Assembly: GCA_050613775.1 (NCBI GenBank)
Contig: JBODTK010000109.1
Span: 248,001 to 312,000 of the forward strand
Length of the DNA stretch: 64,000 bases
Reading direction: 5' to 3'
Source: Neocallimastix sp. 'constans'
Lineage: Eukaryota
Part shown: positions 39,890 through 56,090 of the stretch, piece by piece
Numbering within the stretch: the stretch's first letter is position 1
How the letters are laid out: every line of letters begins with the position of its first letter
Translations under genes and position numbers: made by a program
The notes under the pieces: model-generated
Database searches by the model: none
Told to the model about the DNA's origin: nothing
Seen by the model: the letters and a program-made list of their open reading frames with translations, nothing else

Positions 39890-40760
39890 GTGTTGAAACC
39901 TTATTGATCAGCTTTCCCAATTTTATATTTTGTGGGGCTTATGGAGTACTCTACTTATTTTATGCCAATTGCAATTAATGATTTTTACACTATGATTAAT
40001 TTACATACCATTGGACCTACCATTATTAAGAAAGTCGACATTTAAATAATAGGGAAAAGAAAAAAATCTAACGATAATATTAATCTACAAGGAGTTATCG
40101 CTGACGAATAGATTATAGGAAGAATAAGAAGCCCTTTCGTCCTTGAAACCCATAGCATAGTATTTTAATAAATAATTTTATGTAATCTCTGATCTTTGCC
40201 TGTAAAGAATTGGAATTTGCAGAAATAAATCTTTACCTTTTCTAGATTATCTCTTTTTGAAGTTTGCAACAATAATTGAACAAAAAGCCTTTGATGTTTC
40301 TTTAGATTCAGAAAAGGATTATGATTATGATAATAATATTTATTATTTTATATTGTGTGCTCTTCTTGGCGGGTGTTCCGTATATGAAAAAATTAAACTT
40401 AGTGATAGGGAATAAAGACAATTAGTTGACAATATTTTTAAGCAAAGTTCAACTTCGTCAACTGTTACGTATTTTGTGGGGATAGCGGAGTTTCTAACAA
40501 ACGTAATACCATTAATTCGTCGATTTTTTAGATTGATGATGAAATGACATTCCGTTGAATCTACCGTTACTAAGAGTGTGGACGTCGAAATGATAAGGTA
40601 TGGATTTTCACCTCCCGGTGAAAGATTTGATACAGATTCGATTGATTACACTAATACTGAAATCATTACTCATTACATTAAACTCGTAATAATGGACACG
40701 GTGATATCATTGATGAATGGAAAGAGTTAAAAACTATTGCTTCTAACGCACTTTTATAAT
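39890..40760 (+). pseudogene. Probable decayed coding sequence of unknown family
   Basis: GC-elevated; near-open frame KSLPFLDYLFLKF...LCALLGGCSVYEK...VTYFVGIAEFL...GFSPPGERFD...GHGDIIDEWKELK, broken by stops and frameshifts. Confidence 0.4.
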
Positions 40761-41098
40761 CATATAGTATATAATATTTCATTTCATATATTTTATTTTT
40801 TTTCATTTAAATCATGTAATTTTATTATTATTATAAATTAAATAAAGTTATTCTCTCTAAGTCTGAAAAAAAAAAATTATATAATCTGTTTTTAATTTTT
40901 GTATTTTATTTTTTTTTTAAATTAAATATTATTAAATAAACTTTATTTCTAGTCTTAAAAAAAGTATAAACCAAATAAAAAATGTTTATATAGAAATAGA
41001 ATATTTATTCAACAAATAACAAATAAATAATTATCGAATTTCAACTTATTAATATCATGGTTATCAGGATATATCCATTAATTAATTAATACTTATTC

Positions 41099-41135
<37 letters not shown>

Positions 41136-41673
41136 TTTCTTTTTATTAATGATTATTATTTAAAATTAATATAAAGTAATATTTGAGATTAATTCAAAAT
41201 GAATTGGGATTCAGTCTTTATTTCAACAAAAAATCATTAAATTTTAGTTAGTTTAGGTTTTCATATTAAAAAAAAAAAAAATGATCTATATATGACTAAG
41301 GAAAAAATACATACATATATTTTATACTATTGATAAAAAAAATGAAAGAAATAATAGATTATAATTTTTTAATAAAATTTAAAGCCACAAAATTTACATA
41401 TAAAATATTTTTTAAAAATAATGTATTAATGTATTAAATTTTATTAATTGAATTAAATAAATATTATTTATATTTTTTACCTTTTCTCTTAATTCTACAC
41501 AACTTTCATTTTTTATTTTTTTATTTTTAATTAATTAAATAAAAAGAAAGTTATAGAATATATTTTGATTTATTTATTTATTTATTTATTTATTTATTTT
41601 TTTAAATATATAAAGTATATAATATTAAAATATTGGGAATTTCAATTAAATTATTAAAAATAAATGAAATAAA

Positions 41674-42210
41674 ATGTCAAATTCTACTGATACAACAAAT
41701 TGTAAAGTTTGTTCTTCATTTAAAACTTGGACAAAAAATGAAAGTAAAAAATTAAATCAACAGATTTCTACTTCTAATCATAAAAAATGTAGAATATGTG
41801 ATGTATTAACGTTTTCTAAATCTAAATTTAATCAATTTTTCGTTAATAAGATAAAACCTAAAGAAACTTTTGAATGTCCACCAAATGCTCAAGAATTAGG
41901 TAGAGCAACATGGACTTATCTTCATTCTGTTGCATCTTATTATCCAGAAAATCCAACCAAAAAACAACAAAAGGATATGGAATCTTTTTTACGTATATTT
42001 TCTGAATTCTATCCATGCAAGCCATGTGCTAAATACTTAGTTAAAGAATTAAAAGAACATCCACCACAAGTTCAAAATAAATCAGCATTTTCTGTTTGGG
42101 TTTGTCAATTACATAATGAAGTTAATGCAAGGCTCGGTAAGCCAATATTTGATTGTTCTAAAGTTGATGAACGTTGGAGAACTGGCCCACCAAATGGTTT
42201 TTGTGATTAA
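41674..42210 (+). CDS. ERV1: FAD-dependent sulfhydryl oxidase Erv1/ALR, intronless
   Basis: ECPP..ELGRATWTYLH; redox YPCKPCA; WVCQLHNEVNARLGKPIFDC; ERWRTG. Confidence 0.95.
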   Translation: MSNSTDTTNCKVCSSFKTWTKNESKKLNQQISTSNHKKCRICDVLTFSKSKFNQFFVNKIKPKETFECPPNAQELGRATWTYLHSVASYYPENPTKKQQKDMESFLRIFSEFYPCKPCAKYLVKELKEHPPQVQNKSAFSVWVCQLHNEVNARLGKPIFDCSKVDERWRTGPPNGFCD

Positions 42211-43364
42211 ACTTATCTTAATAAAAATACAAATTAAAAGAAAAAGATTTAATATTCATTTTTTAAAAGATAATTAAATAAAAATATAAATTTTATATTA
42301 AAATTTATCTATTTAAAACAATATTACATATAAATAAAAGTGCATTCAATATCTTTTCTTTATATTTAAAATTAAATTAGTAATTTTTCTTAGAAACATT
42401 ATAAATTTTAAATTTATTAATATTTAACATTTAAAAATTTATTCATAGAATTTTTGTTTTAATTATGTAATTTTAATAATCTAAAAATAAAAATAAGCTT
42501 TAATAAAAATTATAGTTTTCATTTTTTTTTAAAAAAATTTAATAAATATAAACTATCTATATGTATATTATATTTAAGACATAATAGTAAGTTTTATCAA
42601 ATTTTTTATACTATAATAAATATAAAATATATGAAAATCATAAGCTAAAATCTAAGATATAGGAGATAAGAAACATTAGATGAATGTGAATAAAAATAAT
42701 TATTTTATAATTAAAAACATTAAAACAATATATATATTCACTAATCATATAAAATTTTTCTCTACATATTTTTTACTTATTTATTTAATTTTTATTTTTA
42801 TTTTTATTTTATTTTATTTTATTTTATTTTATTTATTTATTTATTTTTTTATTTTTTTTTTATTTTTTTTTTTTTTTTTGTTATAAAATTATTTCATTTT
42901 CATTATAAACAAAAAATTTTTTAATGAATAATATTATTTTTGTATTTTTATTGCAAGATTTTTACTATTATTATTAGCATAATAGTTTTAATTTTTTATT
43001 TTTATTTATTTTTTTTTTTTTTTATTTTTTATTTTATTTTATTTTTTTTTTTTTTTTTGCCTTTTGTTTCTTGTTTTTCTTTTTTTGTTTTATTGATTTA
43101 ATATCAAGGACCTTTAATGTTTAATTGTAATTTTCATATTTATTATTATTATTATTAATTATATATTTTTTATTTTATTATTAATTTCATTCTTATAAAT
43201 CCTTTTATTTATTTATTTATTTATTATTATTACTTAATTATTATTTTTTATTTATTTTATTTTTTTACTTTGTATTGTTTAAATACAATTTATTATATTT
43301 ATTTCCTGAATATTATCATTTAATTTAATTTTTATTTTATGTATAACAATAATAAATTTGTTTA

Positions 43365-46179
<2,815 letters not shown>

Positions 46180-47564
46180 TTTAATATATATATATTTTTA
46201 TATTTTAATTACTTTTAAGAGAAAAAATATTTTCTTTTAAAAGAAATATTATTTAAAATAGAAAACAAATAAATAAATAAATAAATAAATAAATATAAGT
46301 ATTTAAATATTATTAAAATTATGTATGATTTTTTTTAAATATAAAAGTATAATTAATGTATAAATTATATTGTTTATTTTTATATTTATTAACTATAATA
46401 ATTAGATTTTATTTGTTTTATAGATTAAATAAAAACTAATAAATTAATTATATATTTATTTTAAATTTTATTCAAGTTATGTTTAGAAAAAAAAAAAAAT
46501 GCTAAATTCTTTACCAATTATATATGTTTAAAAAAGTGTGATGTATTATTTACTTCTTAATTTTTTAATTAAAAACAAAAAATTATATATAAAGTATCTA
46601 AATTAATTTAATTAAATTTATTATAATTTAATATTTTCTTTCTTTATTTTCTTATATTTTTATAATATAAATTATTTGTAATATATAATTTAGATATTAA
46701 TGTACAGAATTATATACATAAAAATGTACAAATATATGCCAAATTGAAAATAAATGAATAAATATAATAATAAATAAATATTAATAATAAGTTTAGTTTT
46801 ATAATTTTTAATTAATTAATTAATTTGTAAATTAGCTAATTAATAATAAATAAATGAATAGATAAATGAATAATAATAATAATAATAATTAGGAAAATAA
46901 TAATAATTAGGAAAATGAATAAAAATATTAATAGTACTTATTTTAACAATTAATAAAGTGATAATACTACTAATATTTGATGAATGTCTCTTTAATTATT
47001 AATATATCAAGAGATGTCAAAAATTGATTTTTTATAATAAAGCGAAGGTAATAATATAACCAAATAGAAAATGTGTTTTTTAACAAAATAGTAGAATTAA
47101 AATAGGAATTTAGTAATACATTTTTCCTCTTATGAGTCACCAAGTTATTACTAATAAAAAAAATAAAAAAAAAAAAAAAGATATAAAAATTTTGACTTTA
47201 GATTTGAAAAGAATTAATAATTAATTTTTAGGACACTTTATTATTTATTAATTAAATGTAGTGTTGTGTTTTAAAATTAAAACTTAGAAAATATTTTAAA
47301 ATAATAATATTAACTTGAAGTGTAAAATATATTAATACATTGAAGCTTAATAAATTTAAAAATTTTGTTCCAATTGATTTTTAATTTAAAAAATTTTGCT
47401 ATTTGGCCAAAAAAAAAATGTTTATTCCGTGGAATATTCATTTTTATTTTGTATTTTTCTTTATGTATAAGATGATTAAAAATTTTCATAAAAATTTTTA
47501 TATATGAATTTTTTTTTCATGAATATAATTAAATATTTATTTTTCTTTTTATAAATTGTTTTTT

Positions 47565-49965
47565 GGTTAGAAAATTAGTATTTTTAGTTTAATACTTTTA
47601 TTTTTATTATAATTTTAAATATTAAATAGGATATATTACAATAGTATATATAATTTATATATAATTTATGATACAAATAATATAGTTTTAAAAAACTTTT
47701 TATAAACCTCTTTTATATTATTGTTATAATATAAATTAATTTGGTTGAATATTATTTACCTGCTAAGAGAGTGAAGAACCGATTAAAATCATATCTATAT
47801 AGTTGTAAAATTTAAAAGAAAATAATACAATGACGTTAGTATCAGAACTCCTAAAATAAAACCATTTAGTCCTTAGTTGAATATTCACAAATAAATATAA
47901 TAGAAGCAATAATTTAGAAAAATACAAAGCAAGATTAGTTATAAAATTTTATAATCAAATTGAAAAAGTTGATTATGAATGTAACAATTTTGTTAAGGCA
48001 ATAGGTTTGGAACACTTGAGAAAATGTAATTTGCTTTGTTAGAAATGATTTATTAATTTTTTAAAAAAACAAATAAAATATTAATTATTATTAATTAGTC
48101 GTTGTAATATTTCAAATTACTTTCTTGCAAATTAATAAATGTACAATGAAAAATATTTTTTATTTCAAAATTAACACCTATTTATACTTTTTAACGAAAA
48201 CAAAGTTTGGTTTGATGAATGTTAGAGAAATCAAGATTTTTCTAGAAAATAAATCTTATAAAAAAAATGATAAAAATAATTATTAAAATAGAACCTTTTA
48301 GTTTCATTCGGTTATGGAATTTCCAACAGAAGAAATTCTAGAATTTTTTTATAATAATTTAGTTATATTGAACCAAAATTATTATAAATTGGGAAAGGGT
48401 GTGAGTCAAACCAAGAGAGTTCAGCTTGATAATCATGGTATATTACACCAGACCATGACAACTCTTTTGCTAACTTTAGACTTCGTTATAATGAATTAAT
48501 CTATTCTTCAACACTACCAGTGGAAAGTTTAAGAATGACAATAGTAATAGCTTCTATATTTAATTGGAACATTCAACAATTAGATGTGAAATGTGCCTAT
48601 CTCAATGCCGAATTGCACATTGATATTTTTGAAATTACCTGAAGGCCACGAAAATTATAACAAAGGTTATTGTAAATTAAATCAGGCATTATACAGTTTT
48701 GAAGCAGGCTGGCCGTGAATAGAATCAAACAAATAGCAAATATTTAATTAAAAAGGACTATATCAATTAATAGGTGAACAATATTTATTCGTTAAGTGGG
48801 ACAATAAAAAACAATGTAGTATGTTTAGCAACTTTATGTTGACAATATTCTAATAACAGGTATTAACGAAGAGATTTTTAATATTATTAATATTATTAAG
48901 AATAATTATAAAATATCCAAGCGTGAAGAAATCAACCATATTTTAGGTTTAAATGCTAGAAAACAAATTTGGATATTCAATCTCTCAAGGAAACTATATT
49001 GAAAACGTTTTTAAGAAATTTAATATCAAGGAAAATCAAAAAGCCTCTACTCCATGTACTGGTGATGATGGTAAATTAATTGATAAAACACCTTTTTATA
49101 AGACTATATACCAGAGTAAAGTTGGTTGTCTAATACATATATTTAAATCAACAAGATCGGAAATATCCTTCTTTGTTAATAAAGCATCAAGAAAAAATTC
49201 AAATTCAACAATATCAGATTGGAACAAGGTAGATATTCTTAAATATTTAAATCAAACTTAGAATTATTATATTTCATATAAAAATATAGGAGAATTATTT
49301 GGTTATACAGATTCCGATTTTGCTAGAGATTTACTAAATAAAAAATCCACTTCAAGAAATATTTTTTTCATACCTTCAAGACCAATGATTTGGATGTCCA
49401 CAGACAACAACAATCAGCAACAAGATCTACGGTAGAAGCAGAATATATTGCTTTTTTTTGAAGCTGTAGCAAATGATTTATGTATAAAAAAATGCTTAAT
49501 GAAATATTTAATAAAAATTTGTGATAAACAAAAACAGAGACAACAGGCATCTTTATTTGCTGCTGAAAATTATGCTATTAGTAAAAAACTAAGACATGTT
49601 AGAGTCAGCTTTTACTGCTACAAAGAAAATGTTGAAAAAAAAAAAAAAAAAAAGAAGTAATTTTACATTACATTATATCTGAAGAAAATTTAGTAGACAT
49701 TTTAACAAAAGAAGTTAATAAAATCAAATAACTAATTTTGCAAACATAGTCTTTGAGAATGCTTTGTTTAAGGGGTAATATTAAAAAATTAGTATTTTTA
49801 GTTTATATTTTTAATTAACACTTTATTTTATTTATTTTTATTATAATTTTAAATATTAAATAATATATTATAAATAAATAGAATATATTACAATAATATG
49901 TAGTTTATATAGCTTATGATACAAATAATGTAGTTTTAAAAATTTTATATTATTGTTATTAAATC
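47565..49965 (+). mobile_element. Old, internally deleted Ty1/copia element with two diverged LTRs
   Basis: Similar LTRs at ~47565-47731 and ~49779-49965 (shared AAAATTAGTATTTTTAGTTT and TTATGATACAAATAAT); PPT AGGGG at ~49771; KYKARLV, QQLDVKCAYLNA, LYVDN, GYTDSDFA and STVEAEYIA motifs with frameshifts. Confidence 0.85.
47980..48490 (-). mobile_element. Solo LTR (511 bp), probably gypsy-type, inserted in the RT of the decayed copia
   Basis: Plus-strand termini TGTAAC...GTTATA; TSD ATGAA at 47975-47979 and 48491-48495; removing it restores RT VDYE-LIYSSTL. The minus-strand TATA box (48186-48179) and TTTATTAATTTTTTAAA motif mirror the layout of the chromovirus LTR. Confidence 0.85.
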
Positions 49966-51553
49966 ATGTTATTAATATAATAAAATATGTATGTTTCATT
50001 GAATGTAATTTTATGAATATAAAAATATTTAATCATGTATTAAAATTAAAAAAAATTTATTTCTTTTATAAAAAAAAAAAAAATAAAAATTTTTGTAAAA
50101 AGTAAATATTTATTAACGTTTTTTTTATTTTTATTTTTCATCATTTACTTAAGGTTGAACTATTACAGATGGATGGATTTGAGTTCGAGAAATTTTTGAT
50201 TTAGATTTTCTCTTAATTCATTTTAGATTATTTTATTATTATAGAAAATCATATTTAAGATATCATGTAACGAATGTTAAAATTTGTAAAAGGAAATCAT
50301 GATACATAATATATTATGAATGTCTTTCTAAATTCATTGATATCATTGTATTATTTATAATTAACGAAACATTCTAGTTGTTTTTTTTTTTTTATTTGTT
50401 TTCTAAAAAAAAAAAAACTATAACTAATTAAATATTACTGATAATAAATAATAATTATTATAAAAATCTTTTTTAATATATTGTATTTATTTACATTTTT
50501 TTAAAAAAAAGTTAATTAGTATTTATTTATTTATTTTCATTATACAAATATTTTCAAGAACTTTAAAGATTTTTTAACAATAAAGTAATATTATAGTATA
50601 TATAATTACTAATAATAATGATATTAATATTATAATTATTAATAAAAAATTATTTCAATAATTTTAATATAAAAAGATAATATTTTTAATATACAATAAT
50701 AAATTACAATAATAAAATAGAAATAGTTATAGCAACTTTTTAACATGGAATTACAAAATAATTATATTGTTGTTTATTAAAATTTTTAATTATAGTAATA
50801 TACTTATAATTATAGAAATAATTCTAAATCATTTATTTTTTTTTTAAAAAAAACTCTAATAATTAATATAAAAAATTTTTATTAATAATAATGTGGAATA
50901 TTTTTTTTTAATAAATATTATTATAAAGTTTACTTTTATAATAAAATATTCAAATTACACAAATTAAATATATTTAAACTATAAAATATATATATATATA
51001 TATTTTTTCAAATGGGACACATAAACTTTATGAATATATTTAAAAAAATAAAATAGATTATCACTATATATTTTAATATTTATATTCTATTTGTTACTCT
51101 TCAAATTAAGTAATTATTCATATATAGAAATATTATAAATGATTTAAAGTTTCTTAGATAATCTATCTAACAAATTTTATATACCTTTTTTTCCTTGTTT
51201 TTATTATTTTTTATTTTTTTTAATAAAAATAAGAAATATTATTTTATATATTTATATTAATATATTTTAGCAATTAAAATTGTATATATAATTTAATAAA
51301 ATCATAAGTTACTGTATATATTGTTTAATAAAAATTGATTTATTATTATTATTTTTTTATTGTTATATATTCCTTTATTGCTTTTTAATATAATTTCATT
51401 ACAAAGAAAAAATATATATATATGTTTATTATTTAAATATTAAAAATTATTTATAAAATTTGTATTGAAGGAACTCTACATTCATATCATATATATTATT
51501 TATATTTATATATATAATACTGTTTTTAATAGAGAATAAAGATATTTATTATA

Positions 51554-53398
51554 ATGAAAGTTAAAAATATATCATTGGTATGCTTAGCCTTATTTGTAAA
51601 AAGAGCTTTTACTGATTGCTCAGCTAATATTAAAAAACAAGGTTATTCATGCTGTTCAAGCTGTATTATATATTTTACTGATAATGATGGCAAATGGGGT
51701 GTTGAAAATGGAAAATGGTGTGGTATTCAAGAATATTGTGAAAATATTCCAACTGATTGCTCATCTACTATTAAAAGTCAAGGTTATGCATGCTGTAGAT
51801 CATGCGATATTATTTATTCTGATGAGAGTGGTGATTGGGGAATTGAAAATAGTTATTGGTGTGGAATTTCTAATTCATGTAAGAATTCTCAGCAGTCAAA
51901 TATAGTAGTAACGCAACCTACTACAAATACATCACAACCAATTAGCAATGCTGCCAATGATGATTACGTTGATTCAAATAGAAAAGTTCAATCTGTTGTA
52001 GCTTCGAAATATTCTTCAGGTGTGTCTGTTCATGATCCGTCTGTAGTTAAGTATGGTAATAAATATTATATATTTGGTTCCCACATGGATACTGCCTATA
52101 CTACCGATTTATGGAAGTTTACTAAATTGTATACTGGTGTTAATGATAACAATAAAATGTTTACAAATTTATTTTCAAAATCAAATTATGGTGCATTTAA
52201 TTTTGTAGGAAAAAATAGTGATGGTGGTTATTCTGTTTGGGCTCCTGATATTATATATAATAATAGAATGAAAAAATGGGTTCAATATTTTTGTACATCT
52301 TCCACATATATTAAATCTAGTATTTGTTACGCTTTAGCTGATAACGTTGAAGGTCCATACACTTATAAAAATTGCTTTATTTTCTCTGGTATGGATTCAA
52401 AAACCGTTGGTAAAACTAATTTGAAAGCTGTTATTGGATATGAAGATATGAATCGTTATTATCCAAATAACAAATACAATAATAGAGTTTATCCCAATGC
52501 AATTGATCCAAATGCATTTTATGATTTTAAGGGGAAGTTATGGCTTGTTTATGGTTCTTGGTCGGGTGGTATATATATTTTAGAATTAGATGAAAGTACA
52601 GGTCTTCCAAAACACAATATTTCTAATGGCAATAATACTGATAGATACTATGGTAAGAAGCTTGCAGGTGGTAATCACCAATCTATTGAAGGTCCATTTA
52701 TTTTACCACACAAAGCTGTTGGTTATTATTATTTATTTGTATCCTATGGCTCTCTTACGTCAAATGGTGGTTACCAAATTCGTATGTTCCGTTCTAAAAA
52801 TCCAGATGGTCCATATACAGATGTTGCTGGAAAAGAATTTATGAGTGGTAATAATTCAAGCTTTGGTGTTAAAGTCATGGGTAATTATAATATTCCTGGA
52901 AGAGAACAGGCATATATGGCTCCAGGCCACAATTCTGCTTTACTTGATGATGATGGTAAAGTGTTAATATTCTATCATACTCGTTTTAATGATGGTCAAG
53001 AATATCACGAACCACGTATTCATCAAATGTTTCTTAATAAGGAAGGATGGTTATGTGCTGCTCCATATGCTTATACTGGAGAAACTATTTCTGAGACTGG
53101 TTACAGTATGAACGATATGGTTGGAACATATAAATTCCTATTCCATTTCCATAATAAGATTAATGGTGATATTTCAAACCTTTATACTATTAATTTAAAT
53201 AAAGATTTTACTGTAACTGGTAGATATAGTGGTAATTGGTCTTACGATAAGGGTACTCATTTTATGACCATAAGAATTGGTAATATTATTTATAGTGGTG
53301 TATTCATTAGACAATTAGATGAAGCCAAGTCTGCAACTGTAACTGCTTTTACAGCAATTGGTGGCAATAATGATAGTGTGTGGGGTGTTCGTTTTTAA
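51554..53398 (+). CDS. Secreted cellulosomal GH43 glycoside hydrolase (arabinanase-like) with two N-terminal fungal dockerin (CBM10-like) domains, intronless
   Basis: Signal peptide; two C..GY.CC..C...Y.D..G.WG.EN..WCG modules; Ser/Thr/Gln linker; GH43 VHDPS, WAPD, NAIDP, IEGP and PGHNS motifs; C-terminal beta domain as in two-domain bacterial arabinanases. Confidence 0.92.
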   Translation: MKVKNISLVCLALFVKRAFTDCSANIKKQGYSCCSSCIIYFTDNDGKWGVENGKWCGIQEYCENIPTDCSSTIKSQGYACCRSCDIIYSDESGDWGIENSYWCGISNSCKNSQQSNIVVTQPTTNTSQPISNAANDDYVDSNRKVQSVVASKYSSGVSVHDPSVVKYGNKYYIFGSHMDTAYTTDLWKFTKLYTGVNDNNKMFTNLFSKSNYGAFNFVGKNSDGGYSVWAPDIIYNNRMKKWVQYFCTSSTYIKSSICYALADNVEGPYTYKNCFIFSGMDSKTVGKTNLKAVIGYEDMNRYYPNNKYNNRVYPNAIDPNAFYDFKGKLWLVYGSWSGGIYILELDESTGLPKHNISNGNNTDRYYGKKLAGGNHQSIEGPFILPHKAVGYYYLFVSYGSLTSNGGYQIRMFRSKNPDGPYTDVAGKEFMSGNNSSFGVKVMGNYNIPGREQAYMAPGHNSALLDDDGKVLIFYHTRFNDGQEYHEPRIHQMFLNKEGWLCAAPYAYTGETISETGYSMNDMVGTYKFLFHFHNKINGDISNLYTINLNKDFTVTGRYSGNWSYDKGTHFMTIRIGNIIYSGVFIRQLDEAKSATVTAFTAIGGNNDSVWGVRF

Positions 53399-55337
53399 GT
53401 ATAATTGAAAATAATTTAAAATAAAATTATTAATGAATAAAATATATCTAATAAAATATTACATGTAAATATATTTAATATTATTAATCTTTATATATTG
53501 ATTGAACAACATTAGTATAAAATTTGATATATCAACATAAAATAATAATATAGAATCAATTTTATTTTTTTTCCCTGAAATATTGTATTTATTTTAAAAT
53601 ATTATAATAATAAATATTATGTATTAAATATTAAATATATATTAATTTATTAGTAAATATGAAATATTAAATATAAAAAAAAATTAAACCATAAATAAAT
53701 AAATATTTAATATAATGTAATATATTAATATAAAAACTTTTTAAAAAAATTTATATATATAATATTAAATTATTTAAATTAATTGGGATTTTCTTTAGTA
53801 TTTAGTATAGTATTTTTCTTTTTAATTCAAGATTAGATTATCAATTTTTTTTTTTTTAAATATGTTATTTATGTTTTAAAATTTAATGCATTATTAATCA
53901 TAAAATACTATAATATAATAAGTATGTATATATAATTATAAAAGAAAAGTCTATTATATACTTAAAAATTACTATTAATAAAGAAAAATTAAGTACTTTT
54001 AAACAAAATATCAAAACTTATTTGTAACTACTATATTAAATATATAAATAGATATTAATATAATATATATAATTATAACTTTGTAATAATGATAATAGTA
54101 TTTATAATCAAGATTAAGAAACCAATATTCAAGGATATATTTGGACTTTTTAATTATTAGACTTGTATTATTATATTTATAATATTAATTATTTATTATC
54201 AAATCAAATTAATGAAACTAAAACGTTAATATAATTACTTATAATGGTTAATTAATGAATTATATCTGGAATTAATGTAAATGGAAACCTACATAAAACA
54301 ATTATATATATATATTTAAAAACCAAAAGAATGCTAAGTGAAAAAAATTTTTTACAAAAAAAACTAATTAGAATAATTTCCTTTTTAGGAAAATATAACT
54401 TATAATTAATTTTTTTTTTAAATTTTTTTTTATAAAAAAATTTTCATATGTAAATAGTATATTTATAATAAAAATTATAAATTTTTAAATATTAATTATA
54501 AATATATATATCTATAAATTTTTAAATATTATAAGTTTATAAAAAAAAAAATAGACTTGCACATATGGGTACCCATAAATATAAAATAATTATTAGCAAT
54601 AAATAATTATTTGTTATAAAAAAGTTTCTTAGTATAAAATAATAAATAATAGTTATTTTATACTAAAAAAATAAAACATATTAATACTAATGTTAAATAA
54701 ATATTTAAAATTGGAATATATAATTTTCAATTTTTGTCAATCTTTTATTTTCTATCATAATATTTTTTTATTTTAAATAAAAATAGTAGAAAATAAAAAA
54801 TATATTATATATAATATATTAATATTTTAAGGGTTTTTTTAATATATATTATAAAACAATATAATTACATTGTATCAAATATAATAATATTTATTATTTA
54901 TATTAAATTTATATATTATTCTTATTTTAATTTAGCATGCTTTTTTCTTTTCACAATTTTATTAATTAACTTTTTTTAATTTTAATAATATAATTTAATA
55001 TATACATTAAATATATGAACTTAATATAAATATATTTTAATATATATTTTTAAATATATTAATGATAAAATAAATTTTTTTGTTTAATCCTGAAAATAAT
55101 AATAAATTTTTAATTTTAAAATCAAAACCATATTTTTTAATATATTAATATATTATTAATAAAAGTTCAACTTTGTGTTACTCTAATTATAAAATAATTG
55201 GCTTTGTGAATTTTTTTTAAAAGACCGAAAATGTGAATAAAAAAAATTTATATTATAATTATTATAATAATAATTTTCTTATTTTGAAATTATTTATTTG
55301 TACCGTTTTTTGCAATAAAAAAATTTTCAATATAAAT

Positions 55338-55381
<44 letters not shown>

Positions 55382-56090
55382 AGTAAAAGTAAAATAGAAT
55401 TAATATAAATATATAATAAAATTAAATTTATTAAACATAAATAAATAATTTATATAAAATTTATTTCTTTTTTGTTTCTTTTTTAAAGAAAAATTTTTTT
55501 AAAAAAAATAGAAAACAAATAAATTTTAATTAAAATAAAATATTAAAAAATTAAAGAATAAAAAAGTAAAAAAAAGTAAGTATATTTTATATAATATATA
55601 TTTTATTTAAAATAACATAAATGTTGAAGCAATTAAATATAATAAAATGATAATAATCTTTTCTTTATTTTTTAATAAGCATAGGTTATAATAAAACAAA
55701 AGTAAAATAAAATAAATTCATAAAAATAAAAAATTAAATAAAATAAAAGAAATTAAAAGAAATTCATTAAAATAAAATAAAAAATAAAATAAATTAAACA
55801 AAATAAAATATAAAATAAAATAAAATAAAATCAACAAAATAAAATATAAAATAAAATATAAAATAACAACAACAAAATAAGAATAAAATCAAAAAATAAA
55901 AATAAACCATATTATTAAAATATTACAATAAAAATATAATTTACAAAAAATTGAACTATAATAAATAGACAAATTTAAATAAAATTAATAATTATAACTA
56001 TTAGATAAAAAATTAAAATATTTATTAATATCAAAATTAAATTACAATATTATATTTAAAAAGAAAAATACTAAACTTTTATAAAACATA

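Noticed and set aside
47980..48490. Solo LTR as a second example of the TG...TA family terminus
   Set aside because: TATA and poly(A)-signal layout put it on the minus strand, so its mismatch is at the U3 end and may be post-insertion decay.
55576..55684. 5' UTR intron upstream of the repeat-protein gene
   Set aside because: GTAAGT...TAG is plausible but cannot be supported without transcripts.
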